Source: Candidatus Heimdallarchaeota archaeon (GTDB taxonomy: Archaea > Asgardarchaeota > Heimdallarchaeia > Heimdallarchaeales > Heimdallarchaeaceae). Taken from it: a stretch of 64,000 nucleotides of DNA. Position 1 is the first letter of the stretch, and every line of letters starts with the position of its first letter. This document shows positions 20,472 to 31,455 of the stretch, in pieces. The notes under the pieces were generated by a model. The model was not told the DNA's origin, did no database searches, and saw only the letters and a list, made by a program, of their open reading frames with translations. The position numbers and the translations under genes are program-made. The stretch covers positions 1 through 64,000 of the forward strand of contig JAAFKI010000045.1 in assembly GCA_021399345.1 (NCBI GenBank). Reading direction: 5' to 3'.

Positions 20472-21284
20472 TTACTTTGCATGTTTGCGTCGGAAGAACA
20501 CTTTGTCAATATTGCTAAAAAGGAAGAAGGATCCTGAAATCATTGGAATGAACAAAGTTATCACTAGCGTTATTAAGAAAATGAAAACAGCACCAGTTAT
20601 CCATGCAAATAAAATATCCTTCTCATCTAATGCATTTGTTAGGAACACTAAGGCTACAGCATATGCTACATTAAGAACTACATCTAAAATGAAAGAAAAA
20701 GCTACCCATTTCATAGTACTCTTCCTATTACTTGTAAATTTCCTTACAATTTTTCCAAGAATATATCCTATTAGAATAGCAAATGGAATACCAAGCAAGA
20801 ATGAAATACCTCGGATTTGTAGAAAATCCAATATATTTGCTGGAAAAGGAATGATATTCAAGTTCTGATCGATTATGTCTATTGAAGCTAATGCAATAAG
20901 GAAGTTCAAAGTATAGTGAATGAGAGACACTAATACTGTGAAAAGTGAAATGAACAACAGTTTTTGTCCAAAATTGTATTTTTTCCCTACAGAATCTATG
21001 ATTGAAATATCTTTTTCTTTTATTTTCTTCTTTTTTGCAACTGGTTTGTCAATTTTATCAAAATCTGGTAACTTAGGAGAAGAAGCATCTTCTATAGATT
21101 CTAGTTCAGGAGAAATGGTAGCAGGAATTTCATCAGGCTGAGCTACAGCGATTTCAGGAGGAGCTTCAACCTCATGAGTTACAACTTCAGCTTCTGATAC
21201 ATCTGTATCACAGAAGACACATTTTTTAGTCCCTTTTATATTTAGATTTCCGCATTCTGGACAACGAACAAATTCTTCACTCAT
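20472..21284 (-). CDS. Zinc-ribbon-containing membrane protein
   Basis: N-terminal CPEC...CVFC, acidic/Pro linker, 4 TM segments. Confidence 0.75.
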   Translation of the reverse strand: MSEEFVRCPECGNLNIKGTKKCVFCDTDVSEAEVVTHEVEAPPEIAVAQPDEIPATISPELESIEDASSPKLPDFDKIDKPVAKKKKIKEKDISIIDSVGKKYNFGQKLLFISLFTVLVSLIHYTLNFLIALASIDIIDQNLNIIPFPANILDFLQIRGISFLLGIPFAILIGYILGKIVRKFTSNRKSTMKWVAFSFILDVVLNVAYAVALVFLTNALDEKDILFAWITGAVFIFLITLVITLFIPMISGSFFLFSNIDKVFFRRKHAK

Positions 21285-21335
21285 TAGTAAATAATAGAAA
21301 TTTTGAAATTAAAAAAGTATCTAAAAGGGGAATGC

Positions 21336-22508
21336 CTAGTAGTCTACTTTGTTTTCCTTTGACTCTTTAATCAGTTCATCAAAAAGCTTTGATTGCTTCG
21401 AAGGCATTTTCATAATTTTATTCAGTTCTATTAACTGGTTCTTTTCTTCCTCAGATATTCTTTCAGGAACTGAATAATGGACTACAATTAAGAAATCACC
21501 ATAATTCATTCCATATTGAGTTTTTCGTTGAATACCCTTTCTTTGTAATCGGAGTACGCTTCCTTCCCTTGTCTTCTTAGGAATTTTTACTTTTTCTGGT
21601 CCATAAAGTGTTGGAATAACAAGTTCTCCTCCAAGAATAGCTAGAGGAAAGGAAATTTCTATTTCCACAATGATATTATCCCCTTGTCTCTTGTAAAACG
21701 AATGGGGCTCAACTATCAATCTTATTTGAAGATCCCCTCTTGGTCCTCCTAATCTACCCTCTTCTCCTTTGTTTCGAATTCTTAGACGGAAACCTGAATC
21801 AACACCAGGAGGTATTACTAATTTTAATTTTTCATTTTCTTTAGATCTACCTGACCCTTTGCATTCCTTACAAGGTTTATCAATTTTCTCCCCTTTACCC
21901 TGGCATTTACTGCAGTTCTGTTGTGAGATATATCTTGTAAAGCCCATTTGTCTGGTTACGGTTTCAATTCCAGACCCTTGACAATTGTCACATTTCTTTG
22001 GTTGTGTTCCTTCTTGGGCTCCACTTCCCTTGCACCTTTCACATTCTTTCTTTATAGGAACTTCTAATATTTTTTGCGTTCCATATATTGCTTCTGTAAA
22101 AGAAATTTGGTAATTCATCAATAAATCTGAACCTTTTTGTGGTCCTGAAGATCTAGCCCTACGTCTTCCTCCAAAGAATTGACTAAAGAGGTCATCACCC
22201 ATGAAGTCATCTCTAAAGAGGGATGAAAACAAATCTGAAATTGTTGAGAAATCTCCTGAATTTACTGAAGAGAAATCGGAATGAACTCCACCGAATCCAA
22301 ATCTATCATAAGCAGTTCTTTTCTCTGAATTAGAAAGTATATCATAAGCTTCTGTAGCTTCTTTGAATTTTTCAGCTGCATCTGGATCATCAGGGTTTTT
22401 GTCAGGATGGTGTTGCATAGCTAGTTTTCGAAAAGCTTTTTTAATATCTGAATCTGAGGCAGCTTTTGATATACCAAGGACTTCGTAGTAATCTCGTTTT
22501 TGTGACAT
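21336..22508 (-). CDS. dnaJ: Chaperone DnaJ
   Basis: J domain with HPD, G/F region, four CxxCxGxG repeats. Confidence 0.96.
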   Translation of the reverse strand: MSQKRDYYEVLGISKAASDSDIKKAFRKLAMQHHPDKNPDDPDAAEKFKEATEAYDILSNSEKRTAYDRFGFGGVHSDFSSVNSGDFSTISDLFSSLFRDDFMGDDLFSQFFGGRRRARSSGPQKGSDLLMNYQISFTEAIYGTQKILEVPIKKECERCKGSGAQEGTQPKKCDNCQGSGIETVTRQMGFTRYISQQNCSKCQGKGEKIDKPCKECKGSGRSKENEKLKLVIPPGVDSGFRLRIRNKGEEGRLGGPRGDLQIRLIVEPHSFYKRQGDNIIVEIEISFPLAILGGELVIPTLYGPEKVKIPKKTREGSVLRLQRKGIQRKTQYGMNYGDFLIVVHYSVPERISEEEKNQLIELNKIMKMPSKQSKLFDELIKESKENKVDY

Positions 22509-22591
22509 GGTTTGACCTCATCTATTTTAGAAGCTAACAAAATAGAAAATAAAAAGGGAATAAAAATGTTATCGATTAGAGTGTGATGAAT

Positions 22592-24487
22592 TTACTCATC
22601 ATCCTCTACGGGTTCATAATCCACATCGATAACTTGTTCTTCATCAATATCATGTTGAGTTGGAGCACCAGGAGCACCAGGAGCACCAGGAGCACTAGGA
22701 CCATATTGGCCTTCTGGTTGAGCTTCACCAGGAGTTTGACCTGTTTCCTGATAGATTCGTTGAGATATTTGCATCATAATTTGCATAAGTTCATCAGTTT
22801 TTGCTTTAATTTTCTCAGCATCCTCAGTTTCAGTTTCTTTCTTCAGTTCTTCCATCTTTTCTTCTAAAGATTTCTTCTCAGAATCAGATATTTTTTCTCC
22901 TAATTCTTCGATGGTTTGCTCGGTAGAATATACTGCTTGTTCTGCAGCATTTTTAGCTTCGATGATTAATTTTCGTTTCTCATCTTCTTCTCTATATTTT
23001 TCAGAATCATTTTTCATTTTACCAATGTCTTCATCTGATAGATGTGATGATTGAATTGTTATTTTCTGTTCCTTACTTGTCCCTAAATCTTTGGCTGATA
23101 CCTGCAGAATTCCATTTGCATCAATATCAAATGCAACTTCAATCTGAGGAATATTTCTGCGAGCAGGGGGGATTCCAACTAGTTGAAATTGTCCTAGAGT
23201 AATATTATCTGGAGCCATGGTTCTTTCTCCTTGAAGAACATGAACTTCGACAGATGTTTGCATATCTGCAGCTGTTGTGAAGACTTTCTTCTTTGTAACT
23301 GGAATGGTAGTATTTCTATCTATTAAAGGAGTCATTACTCCACCCAAGGTTTCAACGCCCAATGTTAAAGGAGTCACATCAAGAAGTAAGATATCTTTAA
23401 CTTCTCCGGCTAGAACAGCAGCTTGAACAGCTGCACCTAAAGCAACAACTTCCTCAGGAGCAACCCCTTTATGTGGTTCTTTACCAAATAACTCCTTGGT
23501 CATTTTTCTAATCATAGGCATTCTTGTAGCTCCACCAACTAAGATTACTTGGTCTAAATCACCAGGTTTGATTTTTCCATCTTTCAATGCTTGTCTAGAA
23601 GGACCAGCACATTTCTCTACTAAATCCTTAGTCATATCTTCAAATTTAGCTCGAGATAATTCCATATCAAGATGTTTTGGCCCTGAAGCATCAGCTGTAA
23701 TGTAAGGTAAACTGATTTGTGTTTTCAATTTAGATGTTAGTTCCATTTTAGCTTCTTCTGCTGCATCTTTTAATCTTTGAACAACTTTAGAATCTTTGGA
23801 TAAATCTATACCTTCTTTCTTCTTGAATTCTTCACTAATCCAATCAATTATTCTTTGATCCCAATCATCCCCACCTAATAGATTATTTCCAGAAGTAGCA
23901 ATTACTCTAAATAATCCATCATCGAGTTCTAGAATTGAAATATCGAAAGTTCCTCCACCAAGATCAAAAACCAAAACTCTTTCTGCACCTTCTTTGTCTA
24001 GCCCATAAGCCAGAGCACTGGCAGTAGGTTCATTTACAATTCTCAAAACCTCTAAACCAGCAATTTCTCCAGCATCTTTTGTAGCTTGCCTTTGAGAATC
24101 ACTGAAATAAGCAGGAACAGTTATAACAGCTTTCAGAATTTTTTGGTTGAGATATGCTTCAGCATCTTCTTTTAGTTTAGATAAAATCATAGCAGAAATT
24201 TCTTCAGGGCGAAATTCTTTATCATCTACTTTAAATCTAAAATCAGTACCCATTTTTCTCTTAATACTTCGAATAGTTCTATCAGGCAAGACTATAGCCT
24301 GTCTTTTTGCTTGTATTCCAACAGTACGAGTTCCGTCCTCATTGAATGTAACAACACTAGGAGTGATTCTTCCTCCTTCAATATTTGGAATAATCTCTGG
24401 TTTACCTGCAACCATATATGCGATACCTGAGTTAGTTGTACCTAAATCAATTCCAACGACAAGTTCTTTTTTTGTTTCGTTACTCAT
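22592..24487 (-). CDS. dnaK: Chaperone DnaK (Hsp70), short archaeal/Gram-positive type
   Basis: [37 protein letters not shown]. Confidence 0.97.
   Translation of the reverse strand: MSNETKKELVVGIDLGTTNSGIAYMVAGKPEIIPNIEGGRITPSVVTFNEDGTRTVGIQAKRQAIVLPDRTIRSIKRKMGTDFRFKVDDKEFRPEEISAMILSKLKEDAEAYLNQKILKAVITVPAYFSDSQRQATKDAGEIAGLEVLRIVNEPTASALAYGLDKEGAERVLVFDLGGGTFDISILELDDGLFRVIATSGNNLLGGDDWDQRIIDWISEEFKKKEGIDLSKDSKVVQRLKDAAEEAKMELTSKLKTQISLPYITADASGPKHLDMELSRAKFEDMTKDLVEKCAGPSRQALKDGKIKPGDLDQVILVGGATRMPMIRKMTKELFGKEPHKGVAPEEVVALGAAVQAAVLAGEVKDILLLDVTPLTLGVETLGGVMTPLIDRNTTIPVTKKKVFTTAADMQTSVEVHVLQGERTMAPDNITLGQFQLVGIPPARRNIPQIEVAFDIDANGILQVSAKDLGTSKEQKITIQSSHLSDEDIGKMKNDSEKYREEDEKRKLIIEAKNAAEQAVYSTEQTIEELGEKISDSEKKSLEEKMEELKKETETEDAEKIKAKTDELMQIMMQISQRIYQETGQTPGEAQPEGQYGPSAPGAPGAPGAPTQHDIDEEQVIDVDYEPVEDDE
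22662..22697. repeat. 9-bp tandem repeat (GGAGCACCA x3 plus GGAGCACTA) encoding the APG repeats of the DnaK tail
   Basis: Read directly; in frame with [12 protein letters not shown]. Confidence 0.85.
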
Positions 24488-24596
24488 TTTATCACCATTA
24501 AGGTACTTTGTTAATGTAAAATATTTGCTTTACTTAAACAAGTGTTTTGATTTAGATGTCAAATAGTGATATATATATCTTATCATTGGAAAAAAA

Positions 24597-25619
24597 TTAT
24601 CCAAAGGTAGGTTTCCCTTTGGAGCTATGACGAGTTCGTTTCTTTTTCTGTGTTTTATAATAGGGTGATTTATTGAGTAAAATACCTCTGACCGTTGGTT
24701 TGAATAGTTTAATTAGGAATCTCCTAAAGATAATTTTCTTCTTGAATACTTTGATGAAATCTTCAAAAGAATATCTTTGAAATTTCAGTAATTTCTGTGC
24801 TTCAACTGTGTTCATCCAATCACAGTGATAATAATCATCAATATTTTTTACAGGCTTAAATGCTTCTTCAGGTAACATCCCTATCCCCAAAGCTTCAAGC
24901 AGTTTTGAAACATAGTCGGATTGGTATAATTGATTTCCCTCTCCACCTCCGATGAAAAGAATCTTTCCTTCAGTGTCAGCTTCAACAGCATTTGCGCAAG
25001 CTAATCCAACATCTCTAGTATCTGCAATCTCTATTCTTTGTTTCAAAGGTATTTCATACATTATATTAGGGATATTCCAACCTAGTTCAAATGGTGTAAT
25101 TGCGGCAAATCGTAAAATTGTCCAGGGAATTTTACTATCAATTAGTTTCTTTTCCATCTCAACTTTATGTTTAGCATAATTATCATATTCCAGAGGATTT
25201 ATTGGATCAGATATCCTTGTAGGAGGAATATGACCCATTCTGTTACCATGAACTGCGATAGAGGATGCGTAAATAATTTTAGGAGGTGATTCCATCCTCT
25301 CTACTGCACGTAATATGTTAGTTGCACCAGTTACATTAACATCATATGCTAAATCTGGTTTATCGTATGCTAAAGGAGGAATTATTGCGGCTAGATGAAT
25401 TATAACATCAACATCTTTGACTAAATCTTCTGTTACTCCTTGATCCCTGATATCTCCCCAAATAGTATCAAAATATCCAAGCTTTTTCAACTTTCTTCTA
25501 GTCTTTAGATTTCTAGGATTCTCTAAGTCAAAACATTTTACAGAATACCCTTTCTTAAGCAAAACCTCTAAGGTACTTTGTCCCACATTTCCAAATGCCC
25601 CAGTGAGTAAGACTCTCAT
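24597..25619 (-). CDS. Extended SDR / NAD-dependent epimerase-dehydratase
   Basis: TGAFGNVG, HLAA, SS, YAKHK catalytic motif. Confidence 0.88.
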   Translation of the reverse strand: MRVLLTGAFGNVGQSTLEVLLKKGYSVKCFDLENPRNLKTRRKLKKLGYFDTIWGDIRDQGVTEDLVKDVDVIIHLAAIIPPLAYDKPDLAYDVNVTGATNILRAVERMESPPKIIYASSIAVHGNRMGHIPPTRISDPINPLEYDNYAKHKVEMEKKLIDSKIPWTILRFAAITPFELGWNIPNIMYEIPLKQRIEIADTRDVGLACANAVEADTEGKILFIGGGEGNQLYQSDYVSKLLEALGIGMLPEEAFKPVKNIDDYYHCDWMNTVEAQKLLKFQRYSFEDFIKVFKKKIIFRRFLIKLFKPTVRGILLNKSPYYKTQKKKRTRHSSKGKPTFG

Positions 25620-25877
25620 AAGTTATATTGCACACCGACAGTTATATACAGTTCAGTGAAACGAATTTATGTAAATAAATAAATGTAATTCTGTTTTTAT
25701 GGAAATGTTTTAAGCTCCTCCATTAAGCCTTGTAAAGCCATATTAAGGGATCAATTTTTCTTTGGTTAATCTTTTATAAATCCATAAATAATCAGTTTTC
25801 AACACGCTTATATCTAATTGTTTCACTCAGAGATTTATAAAGAAAAATTAGGGAGCAGTTTATGTTCAATAAGATTC

Positions 25878-26720
25878 CTAGAGGAATAAATTACCTTTAA
25901 TAACTAAAGTTGCATCGCCTTCTATTTCAACTCTATTCTCCTTAGTTGCTCTTACAGTTAACTCTCCGCTTCTACTAGAAACTTGCTTGGCTTTCATTTC
26001 ATTTTTGTCTAAAAGCTTAGACCAGTAAGGTTGAAGCTGTGTATGAGCAGAACCTGTTACTGGGTCTTCGTTAATTCCTACCCAAGGAGCAAAAAACCGG
26101 GATACAAAATCATACTGATTATCTCCTTTTGCAGTTACCATTACCCCTCTTATAGTTCTGCTTGAATCAATCATCTTCATTGCATTGAAATCTGGTGATA
26201 ACCGCTCCACAGATTCTACGTTTTTCAATCTGATTAATAGGTCTTGACTTACCTCGGAATATACATAGTCTTCAAATTCATGAATCCCCAATGCGTCGAG
26301 CAGTTTCTCGTCAGGTTCACAAGTGTTTGATTCAGTCAATGGAAAGTTTAATTGAATTTTCTCATCTGCTTCTTTAGCCAATAATTGACCGCTCAAGGTT
26401 TCAAATTTAATTACATCAGTGATCAAGTGATATTCATTAAAAAGAACTGCAGCTGCAGCCAAGGTTGCATGCCCGCACAGATTAACTTCTACTTGAGGAG
26501 TGAACCATCTCAATCGAAAAGTATCTACATTCCTAATGGTTTTGAAATCGTCAACATAGATAAAAGCTGTTTCTGAAAGATTCATTTCAGCTGCTATTTT
26601 CTGAAGAGTTACATCATCAAACTCTCGAACGATTAAACAAACTGCTGCAGGATTTCCCTTGAATGCTTCACTGCTAAAAGAATCTAGCTGGTAAAGGGGA
26701 ATATATTGATTATTTGTCAT
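25878..26720 (-). CDS. PhzF family isomerase
   Basis: FKGNPAAV, NLSETAF, EVNLCGHATLA, EDPVTGSAH. Confidence 0.92.
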   Translation of the reverse strand: MTNNQYIPLYQLDSFSSEAFKGNPAAVCLIVREFDDVTLQKIAAEMNLSETAFIYVDDFKTIRNVDTFRLRWFTPQVEVNLCGHATLAAAAVLFNEYHLITDVIKFETLSGQLLAKEADEKIQLNFPLTESNTCEPDEKLLDALGIHEFEDYVYSEVSQDLLIRLKNVESVERLSPDFNAMKMIDSSRTIRGVMVTAKGDNQYDFVSRFFAPWVGINEDPVTGSAHTQLQPYWSKLLDKNEMKAKQVSSRSGELTVRATKENRVEIEGDATLVIKGNLFL

Positions 26721-26875
26721 TTTTTAGCGCCTTTAAAGATTATTTGTTTAGAAGAGTGTTTAAGATTTTATAAAAATTGCAGTATCAACAGCTGAAATAG
26801 ATCCACATCTTTTCAGCTATTTTGAAAGACTGATGTTCAATAAAATTTATGAAGGTAATGATACAATGGTGACTT

Positions 26876-29800
26876 ATGAAACGAAAAGCAATAATTGTTA
26901 CAACTATTTTTCTACTTTCTTTGTTTATGTTTCAAATGAGTTCGATGATGATTATGACATCAGCTGCTCAAAATGACACTAATGTAGAAATAGAAATAAT
27001 TACACAACTATCTTCTCTTCCAGAACAACCCTTTGTTGATTCGATTAGAACTTTTGTTTTACATTTTGATAAGAAAGCAATGTTCAACAACTTTGTTGAT
27101 TCTTACAATCCAGTAGAAGAATTAACATTTTCTAATCTCAAAATGGTTGCTTTGGAGGATTATTTAAGTAAAAAGGATGAATATAGAAAAATAGACGGAG
27201 TAGATGCCGTTTTAGATATTACAGATTCCAAATTTTACTTCTATGAACAACCAGAAGAAACTGAATATATACTGCTAGATGATTCAGGTGTGAAACAAAC
27301 TATTCAAACAAGTGATTTACTCAATATAGATGCTCTTTGGTCACTAGGTTATACAGGCAGTAATACTGTAATTTATGACATAGATTCTGGGATATTTGAA
27401 GATCATGTCGATTTTGAGGATAGAATATTGGGTACTAGCCAATCATTCCTTTTGACAATATATGGAGCTCCACTCAATGATTATTCAATCAACGATTTGA
27501 ACAGTCATGGAACTCATACTGCAGGAATAGCAGCTGGCGCAGGAATCGCTAATGGAGATTATATTGGAATGGCTCCAGATGCAGACATTCTAGTTGCAAA
27601 AATAGGTGGCGCTGGTCCCACAGTCTATGCTTTAGCTGGAATTGCCGCAATGGATTATGGTCTAACTATAGGTGTAGATGTTGTCAACCTCAGTTGGGGT
27701 GGAGGAGACAGCGAAGGAATGGATTTAACCGAAATTGCAGTAGAAGAAATGATCGCTCAAGGAGTGGTCGTTGCTGCAGCAGCAGGTAATGCGGGTGACA
27801 GTGGTTTTTATTCATTAGATTCTCCGGGATCTGCACCAAATGCATTAAGCGTTGCAGGAACAACAGTAACTGGTGGCAGATATGCAGTTAGTTCAAATGG
27901 ACCCACAGCGGAGGGTTACATTAAACCCGATATTGCAGCTCCAGGTATGGATATAATGAGTTGTGGAATAAGTAATCCTTCTGAATATGTTATGAAAAGC
28001 GGAACTTCAATGGCAACTCCACATATTGCAGGTGGTGTAGCAGTCTTAATTGAAGCATTGAAAGATCAAGGAATACAATATGATGCTGGTTTAATTAAAG
28101 CAGCTCTTATGGGATCAGCTAATCTTGGAACTAACAGTTACCTCAGCAATGGTGCAGGGCTCGCAAACTTTGGTACTGCTTATGCTGATATTCAATCTGC
28201 GCCAACTAATGGTTCTGGTTTCCCAATTATTCTTTATGCACACCCATACTTCCCAACAATTGATTATCAGATCGTTCCTCAAGGATTTCATGCTGAATTA
28301 TTTGTCCAATCAGTATCTTCAACTCCTTGGGAAGATTTAGATCCTGTTATTAGTGGAAACATTACTACTATTCTGGGTATGAACACTACTGCAGTTACAG
28401 GACCATGGACAAAGAATTTTTATTTGGCAATCAATATTCCTGACGATGCAGCTTTAGGTCTTTATACAGGTATCATCACTTATGAGACTGCTGCAGGTGT
28501 AACAGCTAATACTCCAATAGAAATCACTGTTATGGAAGGTAAAGGAAAAATACTTTATGCAAGATTATTTACTGATTATGGAATAGATAATCTACTTGGT
28601 CAGTATTACTATGCAATTGAAGACCTTTTATCAAAAGGAATTGCTGTTAATGAGTATAGATTGCTTAACATAACTGGTGAAGAAAACGTCATTACTGAAG
28701 ATTTGTTAAATCAACATGATGCTATTTGGATACCAGATCCCTTTGAGTTAAGACTTGATGAAACTTATGCCATTTCTGGTTATACAGAAATAACGGACAG
28801 TGAAATTACGGCTATTCAAAATTACGTATCAGGTGGAGGAGGTTTATTTATAGACTTCTTAGGATTATCTTCACAGGAAACACCTTCTGGAGATAGAAAT
28901 CTTGGAACCAACATTACAAGATTAAATGAACTCACTTCTATTTATGGAATGGAAGCTTCATATGACTTGCACGATTTTGGTTCTCCAGTAAAAATACCTG
29001 TTACCAAGACTCATGCTGTTACTGAAGGTGTTGATTTCATAGATCATTATGGTACAACATTAACTGTTGCAGGCGATGCTATTGCTCTAGCAAAATATGA
29101 AAACAAACCAACAGTAGCTCTCTGGGAGAATTTAGCTGGAGGAAGAGTATTAGTAACTTCAACTAATTTCCATATAGATACATCAGGATATCGTGATTTA
29201 TACAATTCCGGAACACAAAATCAGATTTTTGCAATAAATGCATTCAACTGGTTAACTGCTAGAGAAAAAATTACAGCAGATTATCTTGAAGATGAAACAG
29301 GTGTAGATTTTGACATATTCTCACTTGATCCACTTGCAAATATTGATGCCAGTGTTAGACTTGTTGATCCAACTGGAACTTCATTCCAATATGTATCGTT
29401 AACTGATGATGGTGGTGGACTATATAGCTATAGACTTGATTATACAGACGAAGGTATCTACACATTTATTCTTGAATCTGCTGACGATAAATGGATAGCT
29501 GAGTTTCTATTTGATTCAAGCCCACCAGTAATTACCAGTGGAACTTGGGCAAATTATACAGTCCCAGAAACTGCTAGATTGGATTTCAAGATTCAAGATA
29601 CGACTACAGACATTGTTTCAACTACTGTAGAACTTAATGGTGGAAGTGTCAGCATTTCTGGAACCGGAAAAGTGAGAACCTTTGTTGTATTTGAATCTTC
29701 TCTAATTGAAGGAGATAACACATTGTATGTCTATGCAAGAGATGCAGCTGGTAATATAATTGAAGCTACATATATTATTCCAACAAAGAAGCCAAAAGGA

Positions 29801-29884
29801 AGCCCAGTGAACACATTTTATGTAATAATAGGGTTGTTATCTATAACCGCTCTAACTACTTTCTTAAGGAAAAGGAAAAACTAG
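26876..29884 (+). CDS. Membrane-anchored S8 subtilase with Site-1-protease-like C-terminal GATase-like domain
   Basis: Signal peptide; catalytic motifs DSG, HGTHTAG, AAGN, GTSMA; C-terminal TM+basic tail; post-catalytic segments EITAIQNYVSGGGGLF, GTNITRLNEL, GRVLV. Confidence 0.88.
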   Translation: MKRKAIIVTTIFLLSLFMFQMSSMMIMTSAAQNDTNVEIEIITQLSSLPEQPFVDSIRTFVLHFDKKAMFNNFVDSYNPVEELTFSNLKMVALEDYLSKKDEYRKIDGVDAVLDITDSKFYFYEQPEETEYILLDDSGVKQTIQTSDLLNIDALWSLGYTGSNTVIYDIDSGIFEDHVDFEDRILGTSQSFLLTIYGAPLNDYSINDLNSHGTHTAGIAAGAGIANGDYIGMAPDADILVAKIGGAGPTVYALAGIAAMDYGLTIGVDVVNLSWGGGDSEGMDLTEIAVEEMIAQGVVVAAAAGNAGDSGFYSLDSPGSAPNALSVAGTTVTGGRYAVSSNGPTAEGYIKPDIAAPGMDIMSCGISNPSEYVMKSGTSMATPHIAGGVAVLIEALKDQGIQYDAGLIKAALMGSANLGTNSYLSNGAGLANFGTAYADIQSAPTNGSGFPIILYAHPYFPTIDYQIVPQGFHAELFVQSVSSTPWEDLDPVISGNITTILGMNTTAVTGPWTKNFYLAINIPDDAALGLYTGIITYETAAGVTANTPIEITVMEGKGKILYARLFTDYGIDNLLGQYYYAIEDLLSKGIAVNEYRLLNITGEENVITEDLLNQHDAIWIPDPFELRLDETYAISGYTEITDSEITAIQNYVSGGGGLFIDFLGLSSQETPSGDRNLGTNITRLNELTSIYGMEASYDLHDFGSPVKIPVTKTHAVTEGVDFIDHYGTTLTVAGDAIALAKYENKPTVALWENLAGGRVLVTSTNFHIDTSGYRDLYNSGTQNQIFAINAFNWLTAREKITADYLEDETGVDFDIFSLDPLANIDASVRLVDPTGTSFQYVSLTDDGGGLYSYRLDYTDEGIYTFILESADDKWIAEFLFDSSPPVITSGTWANYTVPETARLDFKIQDTTTDIVSTTVELNGGSVSISGTGKVRTFVVFESSLIEGDNTLYVYARDAAGNIIEATYIIPTKKPKGSPVNTFYVIIGLLSITALTTFLRKRKN

Positions 29885-29979
29885 TTTTTTCCCTCTTTTT
29901 CTTCCTTTGGCAAACATTTTTAACACTGTTTTCTTTAGTTCTCTTGAGATTCTCACGAGATTAATTACACAAGGGAAGT

Positions 29980-30642
29980 ATGAGGATTCAAATGGCTATA
30001 GCAAAGGGAACAAAATTCATTGTTTTATTTTTACTCGCCTTTTCAGCTCTATGTTTCATATTATCATTCGTAATATGGTATCTAACCAGCTTCTTTTGGC
30101 ATTTCATTATACTCGGTTTAATTGTAATAGCTAGCTCTTTCTTGATTTGGTCTTTTAGAAATCCTGAAAGATCCGTTAGTATTGACATCAATAAAATTCT
30201 AGCTCCAGCTGATGGAAGAATTATGGAAGTTGAAGAGAAAGAAGGCATAATCTACTGCTTGATTAGAATGTCGCCATTTGATGTTCATATGACAAGAAGT
30301 CCAATCAAAGGAAAAGTAACAAAAACAGCATTTAAGAAGGGGGCTCATTGGCCAGCATATTTTCCAAATTATGCAAAGAAAAACCAGAGGAATAAGATAG
30401 AAATTATTGATGAAGTAGGAAACATTAATGCAGTTGTTACTCAGATTTCGGGTATCTTTGCAAGAAGAACAGTTGCTTATGTTAAGGGTGGAGATATCAT
30501 AAGACAAGGGGAAATAATAGGCACCATCAGGTTTGGTTCACTAACAAGTTTAGAAATCAAAAGTGATAAAAAGTTTAAATTTAAGATAGGTATATCTGAT
30601 GTAGTAAGAGCTGGGAAGACAGTGTTAGCTGAATGTGATTAA
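29980..30642 (+). CDS. psd: Phosphatidylserine/archaetidylserine decarboxylase proenzyme
   Basis: FRNPER, APADG, MSPFDVH, ARR, RFGS self-cleavage motif. Confidence 0.9.
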   Translation: MRIQMAIAKGTKFIVLFLLAFSALCFILSFVIWYLTSFFWHFIILGLIVIASSFLIWSFRNPERSVSIDINKILAPADGRIMEVEEKEGIIYCLIRMSPFDVHMTRSPIKGKVTKTAFKKGAHWPAYFPNYAKKNQRNKIEIIDEVGNINAVVTQISGIFARRTVAYVKGGDIIRQGEIIGTIRFGSLTSLEIKSDKKFKFKIGISDVVRAGKTVLAECD

Positions 30643-31443
30643 ATGGAATGGCAAGATGTAACATTTTTACAAAAAAACTGGATAAAAAAGACAGCTTGGA
30701 TTTTGGCAAATTTCCTAACTTTTTCAAGCCTGATTCTGGCAATTATTGGAATTGTTTTCACTTTTATAAATCCAACAAATTTTAACTATTGGTTTGCAAA
30801 AATAATAGCATTATGTTCCATATTTGATTTTGCAGATGGAAAATTAGCAAGAATAAGCGGTAGTAGAAAACTGGCAGTTGATATTGATACAATTGTGGAT
30901 TCTATTGCTTTTGGAATCTTTCCAGCTATATACTTGGGTTACACAGTTGCTTCTTGGCCTATACAAACTTGGAATATTGTTGCAGGTATTTTCACAGGAT
31001 TAGTCTATTTAGGTGCAGTATGGTTTAGACTTTATCGTTTCATTAAGCGAGATCCACTTTATACTCCTTATTTTAATGGACTGCCTAGTCCATTTGCAGG
31101 GATGGTCGTTGCTTGTTTAGTTATTTTTCCATACACAGAACAATGGGTAATTATGTTATCGACAGTAATAATTTCAGGATTCATGTTATCAAAAATTCCA
31201 TTTCCCTCCTTTAAGGGAGTCCCTACAAAATTTGACATGTTTTGGATAATATCTACTACACTGTGTGTTGTTCTTTTTGCCGTACTTCCTTTCGATCCAA
31301 ATTGGATGGTTTACCCTGCATATGGAATTGCAGTTCTAATGATAATTTATCTCATCGTGGGTCCAGGTTATGCTATGAAACTTGATGAAAAATTAAAATT
31401 AGGACCTAAAGAAGATACAGAAAAAATGAAAAGTAAAAAATAA
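30643..31443 (+). CDS. pssA: CDP-alcohol phosphatidyltransferase (phosphatidyl-/archaetidylserine synthase)
   Basis: DFADGKLAR...DIDTIVDSIAFG, RLYRF, FNGLPSP; directly after psd. Confidence 0.85.
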   Translation: MEWQDVTFLQKNWIKKTAWILANFLTFSSLILAIIGIVFTFINPTNFNYWFAKIIALCSIFDFADGKLARISGSRKLAVDIDTIVDSIAFGIFPAIYLGYTVASWPIQTWNIVAGIFTGLVYLGAVWFRLYRFIKRDPLYTPYFNGLPSPFAGMVVACLVIFPYTEQWVIMLSTVIISGFMLSKIPFPSFKGVPTKFDMFWIISTTLCVVLFAVLPFDPNWMVYPAYGIAVLMIIYLIVGPGYAMKLDEKLKLGPKEDTEKMKSKK

Positions 31444-31455
31444 GCTTGATGCTTA

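Noticed and set aside
22662-22697. Phase-variable or mobile repeat
   Set aside because: In-frame low-complexity APG linker typical of Hsp70 tails
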